Shown in pieces: positions 29,880 to 37,850 of a stretch of DNA of 64,000 bases (the first letter of the stretch is position 1; every line of letters starts with the position of its first letter). Made by a program: the position numbers and the translations under genes. The DNA comes from Myxococcota bacterium. GTDB lineage: Bacteria > Myxococcota_A > UBA9160 > UBA6930. The notes beneath the pieces were generated by a model, which worked only from the letters and a program-made list of their open reading frames with translations, was not told the origin of the DNA and did no database searches. The stretch covers positions 5,728,001 through 5,792,000 of the forward strand of contig OZ245002.1 of the NCBI GenBank assembly GCA_965223415.1, written 5' to 3'.

Positions 29880-30752
29880 ATGACCGAGCGATTCCACGAG
29901 CTCCTGCGCCTGCTCGATCTCGAGGAGATCGACCTCAACATCTTCCGCGGTCAGAACGAGGCGGGCCAGGTGGGGCGGCTCTTCGGCGGGCAGGTCCTGT
30001 CCCAGGCCCTGGCCGCCGCCGGGCGCACGGTGGAGGAGCTGCCGGCCCACTCGCTGCACGCCTACTTCCTCCGGCCCGGGAACCCGGCGGTCCCCGTTCT
30101 CTACCAGGTGGACCGCATTCGCGACGGGCGCTCGTTCACGACGCGGCGGGTGGTCGCCATCCAGGAAGGGCGCGCCATCCTCAACATGGCGGCCTCCTTC
30201 CACGCCGCCGAGCCCGGCTACGACCATCAGGTCGGGGTGCCGGAAGCGCCCGCTCCGGAGAGCCTCCCGACCTGGACCGAGCTGATCGCCGCCAACCGGG
30301 AGCGCATCCCGAACGTGGAGGGCCGGGAGGCCCGGGGCGCTCCGCCGGTCGACTACCGCTACGTGGACCTGCCCGTGTACCTCGGCGGCGACGCCATGCC
30401 CGATCCGAACCGCATCTGGGTGCGGGCCGCTGGGGAGCTCCCTGACGACGCCCTGCTCCACCAGTGCTTCCTGGTCTACGCCTCGGACATGTCGATGATC
30501 GACACGGTGATGCGGCACCACGGCCCGAAGAGCCCCCTCGGGCCGCCGGTCATGGGCGCCAGCCTCGATCACGCCGTCTGGTTCCACCGCCCGTTCCGCG
30601 CCGACGAGTGGCTCCTCTACGCCCAGGACAGCCCCTCCGCCGCCGGCGCCCGCGGCTTCGCCCGGGGCTCCATCTACCAGGAGGACGGTGACCTCGTCGC
30701 CTCCGTCGCCCAGGAAGGCCTGGTCCGGCCTGAGACAAGGGGACGTTCCTGA
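29880..30752 (+). CDS. tesB: Acyl-CoA thioesterase II
   Basis: [51 protein letters not shown]. Confidence 0.95.
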   Translation: MTERFHELLRLLDLEEIDLNIFRGQNEAGQVGRLFGGQVLSQALAAAGRTVEELPAHSLHAYFLRPGNPAVPVLYQVDRIRDGRSFTTRRVVAIQEGRAILNMAASFHAAEPGYDHQVGVPEAPAPESLPTWTELIAANRERIPNVEGREARGAPPVDYRYVDLPVYLGGDAMPDPNRIWVRAAGELPDDALLHQCFLVYASDMSMIDTVMRHHGPKSPLGPPVMGASLDHAVWFHRPFRADEWLLYAQDSPSAAGARGFARGSIYQEDGDLVASVAQEGLVRPETRGRS

Positions 30753-30801
30753 CTGTCTCACGGCTCTGCCGTGAGACAGTCAGGAACGTCCCCTTGTCTC
30801 A
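30731..30801. repeat. 71-bp palindromic element (perfect 34-bp arms, TCT loop)
   Basis: TGAGACAAGGGGACGTTCCTGACTGTCTCACGGC-TCT-GCCGTGAGACAGTCAGGAACGTCCCCTTGTCTCA; shares the GGGGACGTTCCT core. Confidence 0.97.
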
Positions 30802-31208
30802 CGCTCGCGCAGCTGGGCGAGGGTTCGGCGGGCGTCGCGCAGGGCTCCGGCTTCGAGGCCGGCGGCCAGCTCGTTCAGGCGGGCGACCTCTTCGGCCTCG
30901 GCAGCGGCGAAGGCTTCGCGACCCGCCGGGGTGAGCTCGAGCAGGACGGCGCGACGGCTGCGCGGGTCCGGCTGCTTGCGCACCCAGCCCCTCCCCGTGA
31001 GCTCGTCGGCCAGGCGCCGGACGCCCTGCCGGCTGGCCCCGCGGTGGCGGGCGATCTCACTGGCCGTCTGGGGCCCGTGGTGGGCGAGCAGGCGCAGGAC
31101 CTCCCGGCGGCCCCGGCGCAGGCGGAGGTCCGGAAGGGCTGCGTGGGCTGCGACCTCCTCCAAGAGGTCGTACAAGGCCGCGCCGGATAAGGTGAATCGC
31201 TGGGTCAT
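30780..31208 (-). CDS. MarR family transcriptional regulator
   Basis: wHTH: SEIARHRGASRQGV..L...GWV.KQPDPRSRRA..LELT..GR. Confidence 0.88.
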   Translation of the reverse strand: MTQRFTLSGAALYDLLEEVAAHAALPDLRLRRGRREVLRLLAHHGPQTASEIARHRGASRQGVRRLADELTGRGWVRKQPDPRSRRAVLLELTPAGREAFAAAEAEEVARLNELAAGLEAGALRDARRTLAQLRERETRGRS

Positions 31209-31303
31209 TCGATATGACAATATATTTCCATATGATATTGACAATAGATAGTCAATCATCCATCCGATTGACGATTCCTCAAAGATGAAGAATCATCAGC
31301 CAC
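31209..31303. promoter_or_regulatory. AT-rich divergent promoter with overlapping inverted repeats
   Basis: ATATG-N12-CATAT (31212-31233), ATTGAC-N8-GTCAAT (31237-31256), GTCAATC-N8-GATTGAC (31251-31272); TTGACA at 31238. Confidence 0.7.
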
Positions 31304-31933
31304 ATGAGCCTGCCCATCCCCCTGGCGGAGGGCGCAGGGCGGCGGGAGCGCCGGAAGGCGGAGACCCGCGCCCGGCTGCTGGCGGCAGCCCGCGCCCTCT
31401 TCATCGAGCGCGGCTACCACGCCACCCGGCCCCAGGACATCGCCGCGGCTGCCGATGTCGCCACCGGCACCTTCTACGTCCACTTCGCCGACAAGCGCGA
31501 GGCCTTCCTGGCCTTCAGCGACGAAGCTACCCGCGAGCTGATGGAGCGGGTCCGGGAAGCCGCCCGGGATAGCGCCGATTTCGCGGAGCGCCTCTACCGC
31601 TCCCTCGAAGCCCTGCTCGCCTACTCCGACGAGAACCCGGGCACCCTGCGCGCCGCCTTCGCCGACGCCTCGGTGATCACCGCCGATCTCTCACGGGGGC
31701 GCGGGCTGCCGGAGCAGCTGGCCGCGTCCCTCGCCCAGGGCCTGCGCCAGGGCATGGCGGAGGGACGGCTCACCGACGAGCTGGACCCGGACGTCGTCGC
31801 CCACGGCATCGTCGGCCTGGTCAGCGGCGCCCTGCGCTTCGGCGCCGAGCGGGGCACGCCGCGCCCGGATCTCTTGCGGGACGTCACCCGCTTCGTGAGT
31901 CGCGCCCTCGTGCGCGGGAAGGAGGAAGGATGA
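31304..31933 (+). CDS. TetR family regulator
   Basis: RERRKAETRARLL.AA..LF..RGY..T...IA..ADVATGTFYVHF.DK. Confidence 0.93.
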   Translation: MSLPIPLAEGAGRRERRKAETRARLLAAARALFIERGYHATRPQDIAAAADVATGTFYVHFADKREAFLAFSDEATRELMERVREAARDSADFAERLYRSLEALLAYSDENPGTLRAAFADASVITADLSRGRGLPEQLAASLAQGLRQGMAEGRLTDELDPDVVAHGIVGLVSGALRFGAERGTPRPDLLRDVTRFVSRALVRGKEEG

Positions 31934-32955
31934 CCACGCTTCGCTTCAGCGAGGAGGAGCTGATGCGTTCCCACGCCTACGCGAGCCCCCAGATGGAGGC
32001 GGGCCAACGCCTCCACGGTGGCTTCCTGGCGAGCGGCGAGTACATGCCGCCGCGCACCGCCGTGCGCGGACCGGCCATCGACGCCTGGACCGAAGCCCTG
32101 CGCGCCCGCGGCGGCGACCTGCTGGCCGCCGACGCCTCCCTGCTGGCCGGCATCCGTTACCCGAGCGAACCCCAGATGAAGCTCCTCCTGAAAGAGGGCC
32201 TCGGCCAGACCTTCTGGAACACCCTCACGATCACCGGACACATCGAAGCCCGCGGCCGGCTCCTCGCGGAGATGACGTTCCCGGAGTTCGCCGACGTCGT
32301 GGAGGAGGACGTGTCCGAGATGGGCATCGGCCACCTGGGCCGGGGCCTCCTCGTCGCCCACGGCCTCGACGAAGGCGGCGAGCCCGCGAAGGGCATCGGC
32401 GGCCACGACGTCATGTGGTTCGCGCTCCGCGACCTGGCCTTCGGCGAGACCGACTACCCGGAGCCCCAGGTGCCGGAGAACATCGCGCGTCCCGAGGAGC
32501 AGCTCGTGCTGCCGGGTGAGATCCCGGAGGCCCACGCCCGCTACCTCTACTTCCTGATGAACCTGCTGCTGATCGAGTTCCGCGCCGAGCGCGGCTTCTC
32601 CCTCACCGAGAGCCTGCTGCGCGATCCCGGGCTCTTCGCCGGGCGCCGCGCCCAGGCCGAGAAGGCTGCCGAGATCGTCGGGCGCATCCGCACCGACGAA
32701 GAGATCCACGTGCGCTCGCTGCGGCTCTTCCTGGGGGAGCTGCGCCACGTCCACTTCCAGGGCAGCAGCGGCGGGCGGACCCCCGGCCACGAGATCATCG
32801 ACCCGATCTGGGACGGCATCGTGCACTGGGCGACCGTCGACCAGCCCAAGCTCGCTGCCGAGCAGCAACGCGAGCTCATCACCGGCCGCATCCGCGCCCA
32901 CCCGGAGGGCGAGCGGATCCTCGCCGAGTTCGACGCGCTGGAGGAGGCGGCGTGA
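31930..32955 (+). CDS. Putative ferritin-like di-iron protein
   Basis: E (IEARG), DE....H (DEGG..GGHD), E (IEFRAE) and DEEIH spaced like a four-helix di-iron ligand set. Confidence 0.6.
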   Translation: MTTLRFSEEELMRSHAYASPQMEAGQRLHGGFLASGEYMPPRTAVRGPAIDAWTEALRARGGDLLAADASLLAGIRYPSEPQMKLLLKEGLGQTFWNTLTITGHIEARGRLLAEMTFPEFADVVEEDVSEMGIGHLGRGLLVAHGLDEGGEPAKGIGGHDVMWFALRDLAFGETDYPEPQVPENIARPEEQLVLPGEIPEAHARYLYFLMNLLLIEFRAERGFSLTESLLRDPGLFAGRRAQAEKAAEIVGRIRTDEEIHVRSLRLFLGELRHVHFQGSSGGRTPGHEIIDPIWDGIVHWATVDQPKLAAEQQRELITGRIRAHPEGERILAEFDALEEAA

Positions 32956-33806
32956 GCGAGCGGGAGATCGTCTTCCGCACCGACGATGGCCTGCGCCTCG
33001 TCGCCTCGGCCTGGGGCGACCCGGACGCGCCGCCGGTGCTCTTCCAGCACGGCGGCGGCCAGACCCGCCACTCCTGGAAGGGCAGCGCCGAGGCCCTGGC
33101 CGATGCGGGCTGGCACGCCCTCACCCTCGACCTTCGCGGCCACGGCGAGAGCGATTGGTGCCCCGCTGAGGACTACACCCTGGGCCGCTATGGCCACGAC
33201 GCGGTGTGCGTCGCCCGTGCGCTGGGTCGGCCGCCGGTCGTGGTGGGCGCCTCGCTAGGCGGCGTCTCGGCGCTGCTCGGCACCCACGGCGCCGAGGGCT
33301 CGCCCTTCGCCGGCCTCGTGCTCGTGGACGTGACGCCGCGCATGGACATGGACGGCGCCGCCAAGATCATGGGCTTCATGTCCGAGCACGTTGAGGAGGG
33401 CTTCGCGACCCTCGAGGAAGCCGCCGACGCCATCGCCGCCTACCTCCCCCACCGCCCGCGCCCGAAGACCACGGAGGGGCTGGCGAAGAACCTGCGCCGC
33501 AAGGAAGACGGCCGCTGGTACTGGCACTGGGACCCAGCCTTCATGACCGGCCGCAGCCGGCCCGGCCTGGCGCTGCGCCAGGCCGATCTCCTCGACGCCG
33601 CCCGCGCCCTCGCCGTCCCGACGATGCTCGTGCGCGGCCGCATGAGCGAGCTGGTCACCGAGGAGCACGCGCGCGAGTTCCTGGAGCTCGTGCCCCACGC
33701 CCGCTACGAAGATGTGTCCGACGCCGGCCACATGGTCGCCGGCGACAAGAACGACGCCTTCACCGACGCGGTGGTGCGCTTCCTGGCCGAGCTCGCCGCC
33801 GGGTGA
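32952..33806 (+). CDS. Alpha/beta hydrolase
   Basis: HGGGQ, DLRGHGES, GASLGG nucleophile elbow, AGHMVAGD. Confidence 0.92.
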   Translation: MSEREIVFRTDDGLRLVASAWGDPDAPPVLFQHGGGQTRHSWKGSAEALADAGWHALTLDLRGHGESDWCPAEDYTLGRYGHDAVCVARALGRPPVVVGASLGGVSALLGTHGAEGSPFAGLVLVDVTPRMDMDGAAKIMGFMSEHVEEGFATLEEAADAIAAYLPHRPRPKTTEGLAKNLRRKEDGRWYWHWDPAFMTGRSRPGLALRQADLLDAARALAVPTMLVRGRMSELVTEEHAREFLELVPHARYEDVSDAGHMVAGDKNDAFTDAVVRFLAELAAG

Positions 33807-35212
33807 GCGAGCAAGCGAGCACTGCCGAGTCGGAGCCCCGCAGCCCCGGCTCCTGGACGAGCTATGACCACACCCGCGGCCGGCTGCTCGTGTCCCTGCT
33901 CGTGCTGTCGCTCCCGCTGATGGTGACGAGCCTCTCCCAGACCGCCTTCCAGATGATCGACCTCACCTTCCTCTCCTGGCTCGGCGAGGAGGCGACCACG
34001 GCCGTCGTGGTGACGAACCAGTCGATCCGCCAGGTCTTCTTCATGCTGGCGATGGGCGGGAGCTTCGGCGCCCAGGCGCTGATCGCCCGCGCCATCGGCG
34101 AGGGCAACCAGGACCGGGCCGAGCACGTCACCGGCCAGGTGCTGCTGCTCGGCGCCGCCCTCTCGGTGGTGGTCGCCCTGCTCGGCCTCTTCTTCGCCGG
34201 CCCCCTCCTCGCGGCGATGAACGTGAGCCCCGCCGTCCTCGAGCTCGGCATCCCCTACCTTCGCATCTCGCTGCTGCTCGCCTTCGGCTTCCTCTTCGGC
34301 ATGCTCTTCCAGGGCGTGCTCCAGGGCGCCGGCGACACCACCACGCCGATGGTGATCAGCATCGTGCAGATCCCCGTCACCCTCATCGCCGAGTACGTCC
34401 TCATGTTCGGCGCCGGCCCGATCCCGGCCCTGGGCATCGTCGGCGTCGCCCTCGGCCTGGCCGTGGGCCAGGTGTTCGGCCTGTGCCTCATGTTCCGCGT
34501 GCTCTTCAGCGGCCGGAGCCGCGTCCACCTGCGCGCGCACCACCTGAAGCCGGACCGCCCCTGGCTCGGCCGCATCCTCTCGCTCTCGTGGCGCCCGGGC
34601 CTGCAGATGATCGGCGGCTTCGTCGTGAATGTCGCCTTCCTCGGCCTGGTCGGCAGCTTCGGCGACAAGCCCCAGAGCGCCTACTCGATCGGCCTGCGCC
34701 TCGGCATGGTGGGCCCGATGATCGCCTTCCCCCTGGCCGGCGCCGCCGCCACCCTGGTCGGCCAGAACCTGGGCGCCGGCAACGTGCCCCGGGCCTGGCG
34801 GGCGATCGGCGTCGGCCTGGGCGTGCACGCGCCCCTGCTCTGGACGATCGCCCTCGGCCTGTTCTTCTTCCGCGAGCCGCTGATGGCCTTCTTCAGCGAC
34901 GACCCGGAGATCATCCGCATCGGCGCGGAGTTCATGGCCTTCCAGGCCGGCCAGTTCTTCTTCTTCGGCCTGTCCTTCGTCTTCTTCCGCACCCTCCAGG
35001 GAGCGGGCGACATGACGGTGCCGATGGCGATCTCGATCGGCCTCTCGACGCTCTTCACCATCCCGCTGGGCTTCTACCTGGCGAGCGACTGGGGCCAGGG
35101 GATGGGACCGCGGGGCGTGTTCACGGCGAGCCTGGCGAGCGCGGCGCTGATGACGCTGCTGAACGGCGCGTACCTCCTGACGGGGCGCTGGACGAGGAAG
35201 CGGCTGGGCTGA
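33803..35212 (+). CDS. MATE family efflux transporter
   Basis: QGAGDTTTPM and QGAGDMTVPM, GQNLGAGN; about 12 TM segments. Confidence 0.9.
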   Translation: MSEQASTAESEPRSPGSWTSYDHTRGRLLVSLLVLSLPLMVTSLSQTAFQMIDLTFLSWLGEEATTAVVVTNQSIRQVFFMLAMGGSFGAQALIARAIGEGNQDRAEHVTGQVLLLGAALSVVVALLGLFFAGPLLAAMNVSPAVLELGIPYLRISLLLAFGFLFGMLFQGVLQGAGDTTTPMVISIVQIPVTLIAEYVLMFGAGPIPALGIVGVALGLAVGQVFGLCLMFRVLFSGRSRVHLRAHHLKPDRPWLGRILSLSWRPGLQMIGGFVVNVAFLGLVGSFGDKPQSAYSIGLRLGMVGPMIAFPLAGAAATLVGQNLGAGNVPRAWRAIGVGLGVHAPLLWTIALGLFFFREPLMAFFSDDPEIIRIGAEFMAFQAGQFFFFGLSFVFFRTLQGAGDMTVPMAISIGLSTLFTIPLGFYLASDWGQGMGPRGVFTASLASAALMTLLNGAYLLTGRWTRKRLG

Positions 35213-35301
35213 GGCAGCCTCCCGCGGCCGGAGCGATTCCGCGCGAGGGCGCCTACAAGAAGACTGAGCGGCTCGGGAGCGACGACGCAGCGACAGTGCC
35301 G

Positions 35302-36501
35302 CTACGTCCGCCCAGCAGCCGCAGCGTTCGTCAGCGGCAGCCGCAGCCACCCCCGCAAGATCCCCGTCGGAATCCGGGCACCGTCCCTGGGACGGAGCCG
35401 CACCTCCGGCAGCAGCTCGGCGAGCGCCTCGAGCCCCACCCGCGCCTCGAGCCGCGCGAGGTGCGAGCCCAGACAGAAGTGGATGCCGTGGCCGAAGGCC
35501 ACGTGGTCGCCCGGGCGGCGGGCGAGGTCGAGCTCGCCGGGGCGCTCGAAGTGGCGGGGGTCCCGGTTCGCGGAGGCGAAGAAGATCATCAGCACGTTGC
35601 CTTCGCGGATCTTCTGGCCGTGGAGCTCCAGATCCTCGTTCGCCACGCGGGCCAGGCAGTTGACCGGGGACTCGAGGCGCAGCAGCTCCTCGACGAGATC
35701 CGGGATGCGTTCCGGCCGGGTGCGCACGAGCTCGACCAGGTCGGGTCGGTCCTGCAGGACGAGGGCGGCGTTCGAGAGCAAGTTCGTGGTCGTCTCGTTG
35801 CCCGCCGCCCACAGGAGCTGACACAGGCCGACGAGCTCGTCGGGCGCGAGCGGGCTCTCGTCGTTCTCCGAGGCGTCGATCAGGGCGGAGAACAGGTCGT
35901 CCTGCCGGTCGCGACGCCGCGCCTCGATGAACTCGGCGAGGGTGGCGTGCATCTCCTGCATCACGTTGGGCATGTCGTCGAGCGAGAGCTCGCCGGCGGC
36001 GGAGACGCTGGTCGTCGCGTTCCACATGCGCAGTCGATCGTGGTACGCGGGCGGGATGCCGAGAATGCCGGCGATCACGCTCACCGGCAGCGGGCTGGTG
36101 AAGGAGGCGACCAGGTCGGCCTCCTCGCCCTCGGCCAGCCGCTTGCGGAGACGGTCCAGCAGCCCGCGCGCGATCCCGCGCACCCACTCCTCCCGCTCGG
36201 CGGTGATGCGCGGCGTGAAGGCCTTCGACAGGATGCGGCGGAGCCGGTCGTGATGGGGCGGGTCGTCCTGGATGAGGGGCTGGCGCGGGAGACCGGCCTC
36301 CTCGGAGCGTCCGATGGCGCCGCCCTTGGACGAGAAGCGGGCCGGGTCGTGCAGGATCGCCATCACGTCGTCGTAGCGGGTGATCGCCCAGAAGCGGTTC
36401 TCCTCGCACCAGTAGACCGGGGCCTCGTCCCGCAGGTGTGCCCAATGAGCGTACGGGTCGGCGACGTAGGCGGGATCGTTGAAGGGGAGCCATTCGGTCA
36501 T
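35302..36501 (-). CDS. Cytochrome P450
   Basis: DPPHH.RLR, AAGNETT, EELLR, FGHGIHFCLG. Confidence 0.96.
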   Translation of the reverse strand: MTEWLPFNDPAYVADPYAHWAHLRDEAPVYWCEENRFWAITRYDDVMAILHDPARFSSKGGAIGRSEEAGLPRQPLIQDDPPHHDRLRRILSKAFTPRITAEREEWVRGIARGLLDRLRKRLAEGEEADLVASFTSPLPVSVIAGILGIPPAYHDRLRMWNATTSVSAAGELSLDDMPNVMQEMHATLAEFIEARRRDRQDDLFSALIDASENDESPLAPDELVGLCQLLWAAGNETTTNLLSNAALVLQDRPDLVELVRTRPERIPDLVEELLRLESPVNCLARVANEDLELHGQKIREGNVLMIFFASANRDPRHFERPGELDLARRPGDHVAFGHGIHFCLGSHLARLEARVGLEALAELLPEVRLRPRDGARIPTGILRGWLRLPLTNAAAAGRT

Positions 36502-37094
36502 GTCGGGATCTCCTCGATGTACAGGGACATCAGGACTTCCAGGTCCTGTCGGCGCGAAGCCGGGGGCGCGTCGGTGGCGATCAGGTAGCCGAACACGCTG
36601 GTCAGGAAGAGACGCGCCGCCTGGGCGGGCTCGAGGCCGGCACGCAGGTCATCGTTGCGGGCTCCCTCGGCGAAGCGGCGGCCGATCTCGCGTACCAGCG
36701 GGAATGGCTGATCGTCGAGGGGGAGCCCTTCCGGGCGCCGCACGTACACCCGCAGCATGTCGCGGAAGAGCTGCGGGTCGCCGATGCCGTCCTCCGCTTC
36801 GATCAGGCCGTCGACGAACACGCGCATCGCGGAGCGCAGGCCGGTCACGCCCGCCAGCTGCTCGACGACGCCCCGCTCGAGGTTCCACTGCAGCGCGAGC
36901 AGCACGTGCTCCTTCGTCGGGAAGTGGAAGTAGAAGCTGGCCCGGGAGACGCCGGCCCGCTTCGCGATGGTGGAGACGCTGGTCCGATCGAAGCCCTCAC
37001 GGCGGAAGGCCTCGATGGCGGATTCGAACAAGCGCCCCCGGGTCCGATCCCGCTGACGATCTCGTGCGGTGGGAGCGTGGAAGGGGAACTCCAT
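36498..37094 (-). CDS. TetR family regulator
   Basis: IAKRAGVSRASFYFHFPTKE; ATGA overlap with the P450 gene. Confidence 0.9.
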   Translation of the reverse strand: MEFPFHAPTARDRQRDRTRGRLFESAIEAFRREGFDRTSVSTIAKRAGVSRASFYFHFPTKEHVLLALQWNLERGVVEQLAGVTGLRSAMRVFVDGLIEAEDGIGDPQLFRDMLRVYVRRPEGLPLDDQPFPLVREIGRRFAEGARNDDLRAGLEPAQAARLFLTSVFGYLIATDAPPASRRQDLEVLMSLYIEEIPT

Positions 37095-37210
37095 GCCCAG
37101 GTAGGATGGCGATGAAGCTGACAGCCGCCAATCAAAACCGACGATCGTCACCCCGAGGGGATCCAAGAGGCTCCGCCAGTTCCCCGCGACGCCTGCGCGG
37201 ATCGACGGGG

Positions 37211-37759
37211 CTAGGCGCGCTGGCAGCGCCGCCGCGTCGCGAGCGCGAGGCCCGCGAGCGCCAGCAGGGCAGCGACCGAGGCCTCGGGGGCGAGGATCAT
37301 GCCTTCGGCGACCGGGTCCATGCCGGCGGGGAACAGGGTCGCGAGGTCGTAGGTCGCACCGGTCCAGGTCGCGCGGTCCCAATTCGCCGTCCCGGAGAGA
37401 TCGGCGCCGACGAGCGTCGCGTTGGTGAAGTTCGCGTTGCGGAGCTGGGAGCCGGACAGGTTCGCGTTCGTCAGGTCGGCGCCAGCGAAGGTGGCTCCGC
37501 GGAGCTGGGCGGAGAGGAAGAACGCGCCCAGGAAGCTCGTGCCGCTGAAGTCGGTGTTCCGGAGGTTCGCGCTCGACAGGATGATGCCGTCGAGGTGCGC
37601 TCCGGCGTGCACCTCGTTCGCGTGGTTCTCGCCACTGTGATCGGCCCCGGCCAGCAGCGGACTGGCGCCGGCGGCAGACGCGGCCACCAGGGCCAGCGCG
37701 AACGCGAGCGTCGCCCTGCGGACGGTCTGGCGAAACGGACTGAGGGGGAAAGGGGGCAT
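37211..37759 (-). CDS. Secreted pentapeptide-repeat protein with PEP-CTERM-like tail
   Basis: Signal peptide; ANLRN/ADLTN/ANLSG repeats; C-terminal APE + TM + RRR. Confidence 0.85.
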   Translation of the reverse strand: MPPFPLSPFRQTVRRATLAFALALVAASAAGASPLLAGADHSGENHANEVHAGAHLDGIILSSANLRNTDFSGTSFLGAFFLSAQLRGATFAGADLTNANLSGSQLRNANFTNATLVGADLSGTANWDRATWTGATYDLATLFPAGMDPVAEGMILAPEASVAALLALAGLALATRRRCQRA

Positions 37760-37850
37760 TCCCCAGCTTCTTCGGTGAGCTGAGTCACGATCTTGACCCC
37801 GCGGGGCAACTGCGGTCGAGAGGGCTCCCCGCGGGTCGGCACAGCGTGGC

